Shown: positions 38,301 through 52,419 of the stretch, in pieces | How positions within the stretch are numbered: the stretch's first letter is position 1 | Layout: each line of letters opens with the position of its first letter | NCBI GenBank assembly: GCA_048013815.1 | Contig: CM106586.1 | Coordinates: 5,952,001-6,016,000, forward strand | DNA length: 64,000 nt | Origin: Setoptus koraiensis | Lineage: Eukaryota; Animalia; Arthropoda | Direction: 5' to 3' | Translations under genes and position numbers: made by a program | The notes under the pieces: model-generated | What the model was told of the DNA's origin: nothing | The model's database searches: none | What the model saw: only the letters and a program-made list of their open reading frames with translations

Positions 38301-41220
38301 ACGTGTAATAATATAATAATATTATTATATATATCAACTACTGGCGTACCAGCAACCAGATATCGGGCCAATATATAGCCAGTATAATATATAATATTAG
38401 TATAGTATTGGCACACAGAGATTGTTGCGTCATCTATCATGATTAGATAAGGTCGTTAAGGTGTAAATAAAGCGAGACGATTCGATAAGCGTTTTATCAT
38501 GCTATGTTATTGGCATGATGATATGCTGTTATGTTGTTGATAAATTTGCTTTTATTTTCATTCCCATGTCGTCCTATGCTACTACTCACACATGTATGAC
38601 GCAATGTACACATGTATACATTACGTAATTGCATTAAATTGTTGAGACGACAAGATACTAACTGATGCAATCATAAAGTCATTATTATATTAGCGTTAGC
38701 AGTGATTGTGTTGTACATACATGTAATATGCATTGCGCAATAATAAACGACGACGACGATGATGGTGCAATGAGATCTGATTGCATCTATTTGATGTGAC
38801 TTGCTGACTGGCTTTATTGTGAGTTGTCTAGCCAACAGGCAAGTTTATGGTCACTATTGCCACTGTACATTTGCTATTTGTAGGTAATGATAATAATGAC
38901 AGCGGCAAGTTAACAATGGACAATCGTCAGTCGTTGTTCTTTGCGCTCCAATCGACAGCGGAGCCTTTGTTTGCTGGCTCGCAATCATCACTTAGCTTCG
39001 ATCATTCGGCTATTATGTTATTGCGAGGCCCAAACAGCAGCCAAATAATAACAGCGACAACGACAACGACAACTGCCACTACCAGCAAGCGTAACAATGC
39101 ATCCGATCATGTTCTTTATGATGTCTATCATTATATTGCTCCCACCTGTCGGTGTGTGTCGAACACAAGACGACGGCTTGCAACGAAATTCCTTGTGTTT
39201 ATATCTGTTGACATGATAATCACTAAATTGTGTTTGTCTCGTGCGAACAACATAAACTGACTGGCAATTTTTGCATAACAGTGACGAAAAATTCCTACAC
39301 TGACAAGGAAACCCCAAACTCGGATTAGGCTCTCGTTAGTCTATTAGTATTAGTGCTGGCTATGTCGACACACACACTGACAACTAATACAACTGAAAAT
39401 GGGTCCATATTCGTGAATTTTTCAGCCACACGACTCGCGCAATATCTGTGCGTATCTACTCTGCAAAAGCAGACACTCGAAGCGCACTATTTTGTGCAAC
39501 AGCAACAATTTTCTAGAAAACTAAAAAAGTGGCTTCGCAAAATGTTGGAAAATGTTCGCTTCGGTTCGGATAGGATCGGATAATTCAAGCGAGCCAGTCT
39601 GTCAGTTGCGCTGACAACATACATTATCTAACGAGCATTGTAATTGAGGTTTATCACTTGGCCAAGTTGTTTGTGTGAGTGTCATCTAACAGTTGTTATA
39701 TTGCACGGCATGACGACGGTCGATTTGGCGACAGTGCAAACAGTGCCGAGTTATGCAATAAACAAACAAACAAACTGACAGACAAACAAATCAGTTTTGG
39801 TCGCAATTCACACACACACACACGACACAAGCCAGCATTAAAGGGCCATTAGTCATGCCCATGCAACAATCGCTGGTTGTTAGAGGCGCGCGGGCGATCG
39901 AAATGTTATTTCGATTGACTTTACTCAATACTCATTGATCAATATTACATCATGAGACACTCAGTTGCGAGACAACACACACACACACACACACAACTGA
40001 CAATAAGATTGGTCATGTCAATTTTGCATCATCGATTCAATAGACTGGCCGGCAATGGGCGCACATTTGACAAGACAATGACATTTGGGACCCCTATCAA
40101 ATGGCCGTTCCCATAACGGGCGCCCCCAATTTGGTCGTATCTATTTATTTGACTGTGACTGATGTGATCGTTACGTGACGTTTGCAGTTGATGTTTGTTG
40201 TGATATGTGTGTTGTGTCAACTAAACTATGCGAGCTAACTAGCAATAATTACAAACGATGCCATTTGGCACAACATGAAACATGTACAATGTACAATAAT
40301 ACAATGCACAATAATGTACAATATACATGTAGACTGGACAATATTTGCGCAATATTGACCACACGATAAACCGTTAAATTAACTGACCGTCATTTGTGTG
40401 GCCATGATAATGTCCGCTCAACAACTGGCCCCATTGACAACTGCAAGCGGGGCCATTGGCATGTGTCAACTGCTGCAACGGGATCTCAATTTAATCTTAT
40501 CGGCTCACAGTCACACTTAATGGCCTATTTATCTAGCTGTTCATCGTGGCAGCACGGTGGCCAACCAGATAAATAGATAGATAATATTTGTCTAGCCTGA
40601 CTAACCACTGCAAGTGTTGTTCGGACCGGAAGTAACTATATATAGTATATACAGTATATGTAATAGAGTGCGCAAAATAGAGAGAAGATGGCAGCCGAGA
40701 TAACGGTCACTAATGACCAATGACGTTACTGGCCACTGGCACACAGATTGCGACGTCTGTGTATTGCGCAATTATTTCGCATTATGTCTTTTGGGCCAAT
40801 TTTTAGTTTGTCACTCCGCCACCAGAGGCACGAACCGGCAGTCAGTATGGTTTGGTGAGTGTGCCGGCGAGCAACACTTATTTTGTTGCGCAAACCGTTT
40901 ATTTGGTATCGTAAACTGTCGCCATTCTCACAGCACCCAAAGCGCCAATATATCAACTTGAGCGATTGTTCATGGCTTGTCATGGCCTTGCGTTGACATG
41001 TTGCCGTGTGTTGCGCGACACGGAGCCCATTTACTGGCTACTTTCTGACTGACAACTTGTCAGCGACAACCAACCCGCCGCCAAAATGCCGTAACCTGGC
41101 ACGGGCATTTTGAAGCGGCGGGCCCCGTGGTGTTGTTGTCGTCACGATCGATTTACGAGCGCCCACTGGCCAACTGGCGGCAATGGGGTAAGTTAGTTAC
41201 TGGCCACTTCCAATGGTTTT

Positions 41221-41325
41221 GGCCAGTTGACAGTGGCCAGTTGACAGTGGCCAGTTGACAGTGGCCAGTTGACAGTGGCCAGTTGACAGTGGCCAGTTGA
41301 CAGTGGCCAGTTGACAGTGGCCAGT
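41221..41325. repeat. 14-bp tandem repeat (GGCCAGTTGACAGT) x7.5
   Basis: Direct reading; identical units, no spacers. Confidence 0.95.
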
Positions 41326-42517
41326 GGTCGACGAATGGCCAGCAAAACCCGACACACAGGCCATAATTAATTAGCCTCGCTACCTTGCGTGAGCGGGCCA
41401 ACTTTCCCAGGGGCCCCGCCGGTGCCAACAAAAGCGGGCACAAATCTGTTCGCCATGCTTATCCCCGTTCAGTATGATAATGCCCACTGACTGGCAGTGG
41501 AGCCGTACGATACGGCGCTGAGATGATCGCCCAAATGATAGCCAGATAATGGTCAGCGCTGTTTGGGCGACCATCGGGCGACGAGCGGCGCAAGTTGTGC
41601 AAGTCACCTGCCCGTCGAATTCAATCAATAAGTTGCTACAATCCGTTCGCGGGCACTCGTCGCTTCACTGCGACGATATGGAATAAAATGGCATGAAATG
41701 GGATAAAATGAGACGAACAGTGGACGATGATGTTGGCTTTGGCGGTTGGTGCGCCGGGCCGGCCAGCAGCAAACAATGGGGTCGCGCAAACGAGAGCAAG
41801 CGTCAGCGAGAGGAGCAAGGGTTCGCTTGCAAAAAAAGAGTTTTCTTGCCAGCGTGTCTAATTGCTATCACACATCACAATTATAAGCGACAGCGAGAGA
41901 GATCAAAACAGGTCAATTGACATATTGTTGTTGTTTATCCATCACTAATTTGCATATACACTGGGCGCACCCTCACTAACACACAAAAAAGCCCAGCCTG
42001 CTCCATATATGCAAAGTAGGCATTGTTATATGCAAATCAGATCAAATGGGCGAAATGGGCAAAATGGGCAAAATGGGGCTGCCGGCAGGTTTATCGATCG
42101 TTTGCATTGGACCTTTCACTTTCACTCTCGCTGTCACTATCGCTGTCACTCTGGCTATGTTCACTCGACTTGCGCTGTCATTTGATGGCAGCTTTGATGA
42201 CTTTTAGCCGTGTGCCCATTAGTTGGCTGGCTCCAATGCGACAACAAACAAACAACGGCAGCGCCAGTGATCATTCTATCGATAAACACGATCTATAAAT
42301 AAACTAGAGCGTGTCTCGCAAGTGATGGCGCGAGTCACTTTGCCAGCGCAAAATCACTTTCGCTTTTAATTAGATGGTCGCTCACTGGGTCGCCTCGGTC
42401 AGTCAAACACAATTGGAGCCACTAATTGGTTTGCGCGCACTTTGCAGCCACTAATTGGGCCCACTTACTTAGGCCCCACGACAGTGGTCATTGTTGTTGG
42501 TTGGCAAGGTTTGTCGC

Positions 42518-42565
<48 letters not shown>

Positions 42566-44159
42566 CGTTGTTGTCATGACAACAACGCCAGCGACAATGA
42601 TGGACAGTGACGGACGGCGTGCTCGTGCCAATGTCACTGTCGCTGCCGGCTACCCGACGCTAATTTCTCTGTTGGCCCCGAGCTAGCGGTCGTTAGAGCG
42701 GCCAGTTGGCGCGACCAGGCCAATTCGCGATGCTCTCAGCAGTGCATCTCACACACTGACAACAACCTGTGAGCGATTGGCCCCGATCGTCAGATCGCCA
42801 GTGTGGAACGGCTGGCAATATTGGCACAATATCATATCAATCAATATCATCACAATATATGAAGCACAATACTGGATGAGGCGCGTGTAAATATCCCAAT
42901 GGCGGGCGCTATGACGGGCAAGGCCAATATAGGTGGCGCTAATTGATGTCTGGAAATGTTTCAATTTAAATGGTGCTAGTCATAATGACGATGATATCGC
43001 ATTTTGATATTAAGCTCATTATTGCTGCCAGCAATGAGCGGGACAGTGTTAAAAAGGGCCACGTTTGGCAGCGTTTGGTACTGACTTGTTCGGACTTGAC
43101 TTTTGTGCGCTGCCGGTGGGTATGACAACACCGACAACAACAATTAGCCAAAAATTAGTGCCATTGTTTATTGGCACTTGATGCTTGCCGGCCAACAGTC
43201 GCTTGTTATTGTCGATGGGTCGGTTATGGCCAGAATCGGGCCACATAAACAATGACAAGCGGCACAGGTAAGTGCCGAAAAGAGAGGAATGACTTTGCAG
43301 CAGCTTGCGGCCAATTCACCTTTGGCGCAATTAATGAGCGTAACGAATGGTCAGTTGTTGGCCGGTTGTTGCTTCGTTTGGCTCTCTCTTCGTTTGAGAC
43401 GGGCCGCCAAAGGATGGGCAGCACACACGCGTTGTGTTATTTATAATTCCATATCCATGATATTATTATTATCATTATATATCAATTATATTCAATGTCT
43501 CACCTCTGGCCATCGAGCAAATTCGTGCGCCGGCCAGAGGCAAACAGGGGGTCAGGTCTCGCTTTTGCGGCCGTTGTGTCAACTGGCCAAATCAGGCAAA
43601 CAGCAACTAGCATTTGTCGTGTGTCGCTTACAGTGATACTGTTTGTGACTCTACATACTTGTGATTGTGTGATATTATTTGAATATATCACTGATATATT
43701 CCAATACAATATTCCAATGTGATATCCACATGATGACACTATCCACACAACAGCGATATCCACACCACAGCGATATCCACACAACAGCGATATCCACACG
43801 ACAGCAATATCCGTGAATATTGTCATGAGGCGACAACGACAATAATTGCACTTATTAATTGCCTGTTTATCCGCTAGTGGCACACCAGCGTTGTCGAGCA
43901 GGGCGTCTACTAACGACAACAAGCGGCCTATCATGCTGAGATAATCACACACTATCCATGGCCAACAGGGCGATATGTGTGCGATATGTGTGCGATATGG
44001 GATTGCGCAGTGCGGGCCACATTTGTTGCGAGCCACCCACATGAAGCGGCAATTTTATCGCTAGGTTATCGCTAGGCGCCTAGCGATAAAGCCTCGTAGC
44101 GGCGGGCAATTAAACGCCAGGCTGCTTTTTAAGTTGCTGCAGCCGAACGCGAACAGCCG

Positions 44160-44242
44160 AAGAGTCGCCGAGGAGTCGCTGAGAGTCGCTGAGAGTCGCT
44201 GAGAGTCGCTGAGAGTCGCCGAGAGTCGCTGAGAGTCGCTGA
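44160..44242. repeat. 10-bp tandem repeat (GAGAGTCGCT) x~8
   Basis: Direct reading. Confidence 0.9.
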
Positions 44243-45508
44243 AAAGTGTATTAATCATAATGTTGTATCATCGTCTCGTTGCGTCGTGGCAGCGAAAGTA
44301 ATTAATATTTTATTGTGTCGTCGCTAACTAACTATCGCCAACGACGCCAACTGGCAGTGTCAGTGCGCCGATCAGTCTCTGTTGATAAGACCATAATGAC
44401 TTTGCCACTTGTGTTGTCTGTAATTGTTAGCGGCGGCTTGCAAGTGTGGCGCAAATTGGATCGAACAGGCCAATTTGAGCAATTTTGCCAATTTGAGCAA
44501 TTGACACGACGCGGCTCACAGACTCGATGCGCTTGATTGGTGGCGTGGGCGCGCAAATTAGATCATGTCGCCAGTGGGAAGCCACGGTGTTATTAGTCAG
44601 TTTATTGGGCGTACGCTGGCTCAATACTCATCGCATACTGTGTCGCATAAAGTCGGATTGTGTCGCATATTGTCGTATTGTCTCAATATTGTTGATACTC
44701 ATGGTGTGTCGCTGTGGTTGTGGCGAGACAGTTTGCGCACGAACGATTATCACTGGATTACTGTCGCTGTCGTTATTGTTGTTGTTGTTGTTGTTGTTAT
44801 ATAACTCGATGGCTCGTTATGTGTAATTGTGTCGTCTTGCATGTCGTTCATTATTGTCTCATCACTATCAATAGAAAATGATGGCCAATTTACAATAGTC
44901 GCACTTATACTGTCACTGTTGTGCGCGCCCACGCCAAGACGCAATTACCATCATTATGCGCTCGAGCCCGAGCTACAGCTAACTAAAATATTAATTACTG
45001 TCACCACACTAATGAATATATTATACGAATATATGTGCACATGATGCGCGCTAATAATAATGTGACAAATGTGCAAAAGATGGTTATTTTTTGCTCCCAT
45101 TGGGCCCGCCTTGTGGCTTGCAGTTGGCCAATTGTCGCTTTGTTTGTTTGTTTGCTTGTTTGCGGCTCACTGGCTCACTGACTGGCTCACTGACTGCAAA
45201 AAGTGACACTAATAATGGCAACTAATAGTGATCGCAACAGTCAGATAACACACTCAATCGCATTAACTGCCAACAGCCAGTTGCTGGCACAACTACACAA
45301 CAGATAATCTTGTTTATTAGCATATGCCATTAGTAGGCACACGACTGCTCGTCGTCGACGTTAATTAATGTCCTTGTTGTTGCTGTTGGCGTAAGTGTGA
45401 TGTCATCAGTCGCCCATGTTGAAGCCAAAGTCGCCATGCAAACCCACAGTTAGCGAGACACACACTGACCAAACTGGCGCCCATCAATCGGCCATTCGCA
45501 GTCGATAT

Positions 45509-45590
45509 AATGCGACACGATGATATGCGACACGATGATATGCGACACGATGATATGCGACACGATAATATGCGACACGATGATATGTGA
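45509..45590. repeat. 15-bp tandem repeat (ATGCGACACGATGAT) x~5
   Basis: Direct reading. Confidence 0.9.
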
Positions 45591-47410
45591 CGCCATGCGA
45601 ATAACCCATAACTCACAAGTCGAGCTCACTGGCTATATTCATAACTATTTATAACTGTATTTATAACAGTGTTAACAGCTCAAATGAGCGCCCCACACCG
45701 GCGAAACGGGCAAAAAATGGCGCCCAACTAAGAGCCCAACTGCGAGCCCAACTGCGAGCCCAACTGCGAGCAGTGTAAAAAGTGGCCCTCATTAGCATAT
45801 TCGCTGGCTTTTGCTGGTTTTTATTATTGATGCGATTTAGCGATTTGCGATTTGCGAATTAGTCGATCGGTGGCCGTTCAATTGCAGCTTAGCGGGCAGC
45901 TTATTGGGCGTTAGCTGTTGTCACCACTAGGTGCGCTGTTTATATTGTATTATTATGTTATATTAATTTCATTTCATTAATTCATTTAATGGCGCAAATT
46001 TATTTAAGCTCTATTACAGCGAGGTGGCGCCTCTGTGGCATAGTATATACTATAGCGACAGTGTTAAGTGACAATGTTGAATATCCGCGAATCGCCATCA
46101 CGAGCAAACAACTAGCGGCGATAGTCGATACTAGTTTATGTCGATACTAGTTTATGTCGATACTATGGCTCGGCGATAGGCAAAATTAATATTCGCAATG
46201 GGACTACTATACACAATACAATACACAATACAATACACAATACAATAGACAGGGCACTGCAAGTAAGTTGCATCATCAACTACTGACTACGCATATCAAC
46301 TTGTGAGCTACAACTATACAATGTTGGCGGCTTAATGAGTGAGTTAACAGTGAGCCAAAGGGGGACCCACCGCTGCGTCAGCGGGGCTGAGTCAGGCCGT
46401 TGGGCGCCACCTATGCTTGCCATCGCTTAACTGTGTTTACCTATTTAACTGTGACCCGGCTATCAACTGATCGACTGATGGGCCAATCAATGGGCCATGA
46501 TATTGATTGGCTGCGCACCTCGACGACAGCACTACATGAGCAAGTTGCCAGTTTGTTGTTACGTAATAAAACAGAATTAACATTCATATGATTGCGCGTT
46601 GACTTGACTCGACTTGAAGTCTTGTTATAATGCAATGAGCGAGATAAGTTGATCGGGTCTCGCATTGCTTGAGCCGCCTCGTTTGAGCGATGCTCTCAAT
46701 TGGGCCAACTTTAAATGGGCCAGCTTAGGGCCGATTTGGTTTTTTCCGCTCACTCGCTGCTCACTCGCTGCTCACTCGCTGCTCACTCGCTGCTCGCTGT
46801 GCAACAACAATATGCGATACAGCCGGATAATATGCGGATAATGCAAGCCCGATAATAATAACAATAATAGTAGTAGTAATACCATGGCTAGTATACATTG
46901 AAATAATGGCGCGATAATGCGTTGCCAGTTTGGCGCCAATAATCAACTGCAATAATCAACGCAACTGCAGCCAGCCAGTCGGCCGACTCGGCCGCGTCGG
47001 GCCAGTCGGGCCAGACGGGCCAATGCGGCCAATAATCCGGCCCGGCTACAGCTGACACTAAAACAGGCGGCGCTGCAACTTGTTTTCGTCGCTATTACTA
47101 CCGTTATAAGTTATCGCTGATGCATTCGATTTATTCGCGCCAACGTCGCGTGTTGGGGGCGAGCAACAAGCCCGGCAGCAACTTGGAGCGCCGCTGTTAT
47201 CGCTCGTTAAAACCGCCAGCCAAGCAACGGCCAAGCAGCCGAACAACAACCGAACAACAACCGAACAACCACCAAACAACAGATTGCACAGGTAACTTAT
47301 AACGGCGCTGGCTTACTGGCCTATATAGAGCCGGCCTCAGCTGCTGCTCACACATTACGTTACGTTTATGTGGTGCGTTTACGAGTTCACCGCTGCCCTG
47401 TCGCCCTCGC

Positions 47411-47530
<120 letters not shown>

Positions 47531-49017
47531 GGCTGGCGCTGATGATGGCGACCGGAATGTTGCAACTTAATTGTTTTGGCCGCCATCGCAAAAGTCCTGC
47601 TCCCTCGGGCCGACGATACCTGCTGACGGACTTGTGAGCAGTGGCGCGTTTATGACGAGATGATTGGCCGCATTAGGCCGACCTATATCATCATCAGCTG
47701 ACTCTTTATCGGCTCAATGCTGCTCGCCGGCATGTCCGGTTCGTCGGCCAACCAGGTGATGCGCAGGCGCAGCCTGTAGGTAACAGGCTAATGGGCAGCT
47801 AATGGGCACCATCAATACAATGCAATCAAAAGCTGGCTTGTGTAGCTGGCCATTTAGACTTGTGCGTGTCCGTTTTGATGATGCAACAACAGTGTTGCGT
47901 AACTGGCCAAACAAGGCCAACACAAACAATTGGGTCTGAATGCCACTTGTTGTTGGCAATAAAATCTCTCTAGCTCGCTTGGCATAATAATATTCTCAAT
48001 TTGTGCCGGCTCGGTCAGCTCACGTCAGCAGTGTCCGTTGAATCAGGCGCCTATTTGTTTGCTGTTCTATATATTATTATGAGTTCGATAGCGTCCGATC
48101 GAGCTGGCCAGCGATCAGAATGATCACTCGCAAACAGTGGCTACCAATGGCAGCAGTGCCCATGATGACGCGAATAAATGCTAATGTTATTGCGTAATTA
48201 TAAGAAGCGAGCGCCAGCAGCAAACAAAATCATCATTTATAGTCATAGTTTATTAAATCTATGGCTCAATTATCGGCTGATGAATGGCCTCTGCCGCCAG
48301 CGACCACCATCGGCAATAAAAGTCGCTGTAGTTGTTGTTGTTGTTGTTGTTGCCGCTGCTGTCGCTGTTATATCTCGGCCTCACATTGACTCGCGAGCCA
48401 GTGTAATTGCCGCTGTTATCATTATCTGTGCCATCATCAGACATAACCGTTCCAATTGTCGGCGAGCTAGGCAAACGAGCGAGGAGCCCATTGCACTCAA
48501 TTGGGTCCATCATCAAATTGATGAATTGCCCCTTCCAATGCCATAATACAAGCCACACGCTGGCGATCGATTTCAGTCGCTCGTTCGATTGGGTGCGCGT
48601 TACGATGGGCGAGTAATAACCAGATAAGTAGTAGTATAGGCGAGTTGCATCTAGCCAGCTTGACAGCAATTCAATCCGAGATATATCAACGGTGCACAGA
48701 TCAACGGGGGGTTGGCCTTCATGGGGCACCCAACAACTGCGAATACAAAGGGTGCCCAAAAACTGAGAACAGTTGTGGCGGGCACATTTGAAGCGATTTT
48801 TACGCGCCACTTTGTGATGCGTTCATAGTCGGTAATAGCATTGCTATTATAACAAAGGACAATCAGCGAGCAAGATTGGCGACAAACGACAATTGCTGGC
48901 AATATTATCACATATTACGAACTAATCAACTGTTTGTGGGGGCGCTGGCCAGTTCATTATCTGAGCCAGTTTCGCGACGACAGTGCGACTGAATGGCAGA
49001 AAAGTCTCCTCTAATTA

Positions 49018-49886
49018 TACATTCCAGTCCAATATCAGCTAAAGTCACCTGTTCAAGCGACTCTAGCAACTCGGGCTGCTCTGGCCATTTTGCCTCATTG
49101 ATTGATCGACCATAATAGGCAATAAAACAAAATGGACAGCTAATTAAATGCACATGTGCACTGACCAGGTGAGTGTTGGCTACAATTAAGGGCCAATGTT
49201 GTAATCGCTGTGCGATGGTGAGTACATTTGAATGGCATTTGACTTTGATTTTAGTTAGTGTCGTTGTCTGATGTTGTTGTTGATTGTTGTTGGCTCGGCT
49301 CGCTTTGAGTCGATGGCCTATAGAGTGGCCTCAATGGCGAGATTTCCCATGAGATGTTGGCACATCTATTCGCAAACGAATCCAACGAAAACAATTGAGA
49401 TATATATGTATTGTTTATATGTTGTTTATATATGATCAACGACGTGAGCCAATAAACAAGGAGAGAAAAAACGTTGCGCTGTATAGCTCGTGTTTGGGTC
49501 ATGTTCAGCCATGTTTAGCCGTGTTTGGCATTTGACGCGAGTGACTGTGAAAATGTGTGTCGGTCAGAAGTGACAGAGAATCGCTAAACGATGATGATAA
49601 AGGTATGATGATGAGATGATAGATAAATGATGGGCCAATTAGGCCCAATAGCCCGCCGAAACAATTGCAATTGATCGCGGGGGCGGCAACACATCAAAAA
49701 ACAACAACTTGCTACAACAAAACAAATTATTGCTGATTGCTGATTGTTGCTCGTCGCTGATTGTTGCTTGTTTCTTGTTGTTTGCATGTTGCCGACTGTC
49801 ATATAATCAAGGTAATAATGGCAATCACTCATACTGTTTATGTTTGCTTGCACGCTCACAACACGCCCGATAACAACTTGCTATAA
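49018..49886. repeat. Direct repeat R1 core (copy of adenylyl cyclase intron 5 sequence)
   Basis: Near-identical to 53606-54485 (about 10 substitutions seen by eye, ~4.6-kb offset). Confidence 0.95.
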
Positions 49887-50548
49887 CTCGTAGTCATTGA
49901 ATGCTCAAACGCGCACAGTGTCAGACAAAATGTAAAACAATCAATTAATTAATTAATTGTTAGCTGTAAACATGACGATGGCCGCCGACTGGTCAACTGA
50001 ACTGTTAGTACTTATAGTCGCTCATAGAGGCACTGATTGTGTGCCAACATAAACACGCATAAACACGTGTAAACTCATGTAAACTAGATCATCTGATTGC
50101 AAAACTATCCCGGCGCAGCGTTTCTTCGATCCGACGCTGCATCTTTTGTTGGTGAATGCTAAACGGGGGCCATCACCGCCGACAACTTACCTGGTGAACC
50201 TAGTTTGCACATGATTGCACAATAACGATAATGATTCTCAGCATAGCCAAACGACATTTTGTCAGCAAACATTGTTATTATTTATTGGCATGATTACTAA
50301 AATTGGCCCACTATTATGACACTACCACATATAATGTATAATAATATATGTGAGTATGTGTAGTGGTCAATGGTGGTCGTCATGGTGATACAATACTGTA
50401 ATCATATCTCATATTGTGTGTGCATATCTGTCACAATGATAATATTGATTGCGTCATGATTGTCATTCGTTGATTAGTGTTTTGTTGATCTTACTTGTTA
50501 GTCTTTAGTTAATCAGTGTGGCCAATCGGCCAAGGTGACTTGTCATCA

Positions 50549-52337
50549 TCAGTCTATGTCGGTTTCTTGTTGCTCGCCTGACTCTAGCGTCAGTGTTGCA
50601 CTTGCCGGATTGGTGGGCTCGTATTCGTATGATTCATAGATGGACGGCGAACGAGGCAATTGTTTGTTGGCCGTTTCTTCGGCGCTTTCGCCATCTTGCG
50701 CATCAAACGGCGTCTTCACCAAATAGGTGGTCAGTCTGCCCTTGCCTTTGACCTCTATGGGGCCCCGGCATTCAACCTCAAATTGACCGTGTTCCATGAG
50801 TATGCCCGCCATGTGCTCTGTCACCTGTATTCTGCCCATCATGCCGTTGCTTTCTAAACGAGACGCTGTGTTCACTGTGTCGCCCCAAATGTCGTATTGC
50901 GGCTTCGAGGCACCTACAAATCAAAGTGATCAAATCAAAATTATGGCCACAAATCATCACGTTGTTNNNNNNNNNNNNNNNNNNNNNNNNNNNNNNNNNN
51001 NNNNNNNNNNNNNNNNNNNNNNNNNNNNNNNNNNNNNNNNNNNNNNNNNNNNNNNNNNNNNNNNNNNNNNNNNNNNNNNNNNNNNNNNNNNNNNNNNNNN
51101 NNNNNNNNNNNNNNNNNNNNNNNNNNNNNNNNNNNNNNNNNNNNNNNNNNNNNNNNNNNNNNNNNNNNNNNNNNNNNNNNNNNNNNNNNNNNNNNNNNNN
51201 NNNNNNNNNNNNNNNNNNNNNNNNNNNNNNNNNNNNNNNNNNNNNNNNNNNNNNNNNNNNNNNNNNNNNNNNNNNNNNNNNNNNNNNNNNNNNNNNNNNN
51301 NNNNNNNNNNNNNNNNNNNNNNNNNNNNNNNNNNNNNNNNNNNNNNNNNNNNNNNNNNNNNNNNNNNNNNNNNNNNNNNNNNNNNNNNNNNNNNNNNNNN
51401 NNNNNNNNNNNNNNNNNNNNNNNNNNNNNNNNNNNNNNNNNNNNNNNNNNNNNNNNNNNNNNNNNNAGGATGAATTTGAGCCAAACGTTGACACGAATGA
51501 ATATGCTTGTAGCTGTCATGGCCATGATGATAGTGAACGTGTAATACTTAAAAAAAGAATAATTTTTAAATTTCGTGAGACAATTAGCTGAGATTATGGT
51601 ACAAATTGATCGGCTCAATCATAATTGCATGATTATATCAATGGCAAGTTGTTCCAGTGACTCACCCAGGCGAAGGCGCAATTCATCGACTCTATATGGC
51701 TCACATCCACATTACCATCGCTGTTCAGTCTTTCATCCGGCTGCCAAACATCGCGCCATCAATTAAATTCAATTAGATTACCATTAAATATTGATCACCT
51801 ATCGACATGCATGTAATATGTCAGCCATTGTAGAGTGCACTTACCACTATCAGGTCCACTAATTGCAGCATGGTCAATGAGGCGGATATTATCAGCCAGA
51901 GAAGAATCCTGAATTGGCCGCCAATCTGGCCAGATCATCATTTCGTTTTTATTGATTGAAAAAGAGGAACTTGTAAGCGTCAAATGCGATAAATGCATGT
52001 CAGTTTGGTCGGAGGACAAGTTTGAGACATGTGTCAAACAGTATCGGCGCTTATTATCACTTGGCCTCAACCCGTTATCGATAAACAATAAGAGTCGCCG
52101 GCCCTATGAAGACCACGAGGATAAGAATAGCAAGTGAAAAATTTGCTGCCAATCAACAAAATGTAACTGCATTGTTGGATATAAACAATGATACTTGTTG
52201 TGAATCACGTGTGCTCTTTGTTGGACATGGCAACAATAGAGGCCCACCTCGAAATCGATTCAGATCGCCGATTCTTGCTGCTTTGGTGACACATTGTTGC
52301 CTAAGAAAGAATGCAGAGAAAGAAAGAAATGGGCAAT

Positions 52338-52419
<82 letters not shown>

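Noticed and set aside
50778-51618. Long ORFs in the track containing X runs
   Set aside because: Artefacts of translating the 500-N gap.
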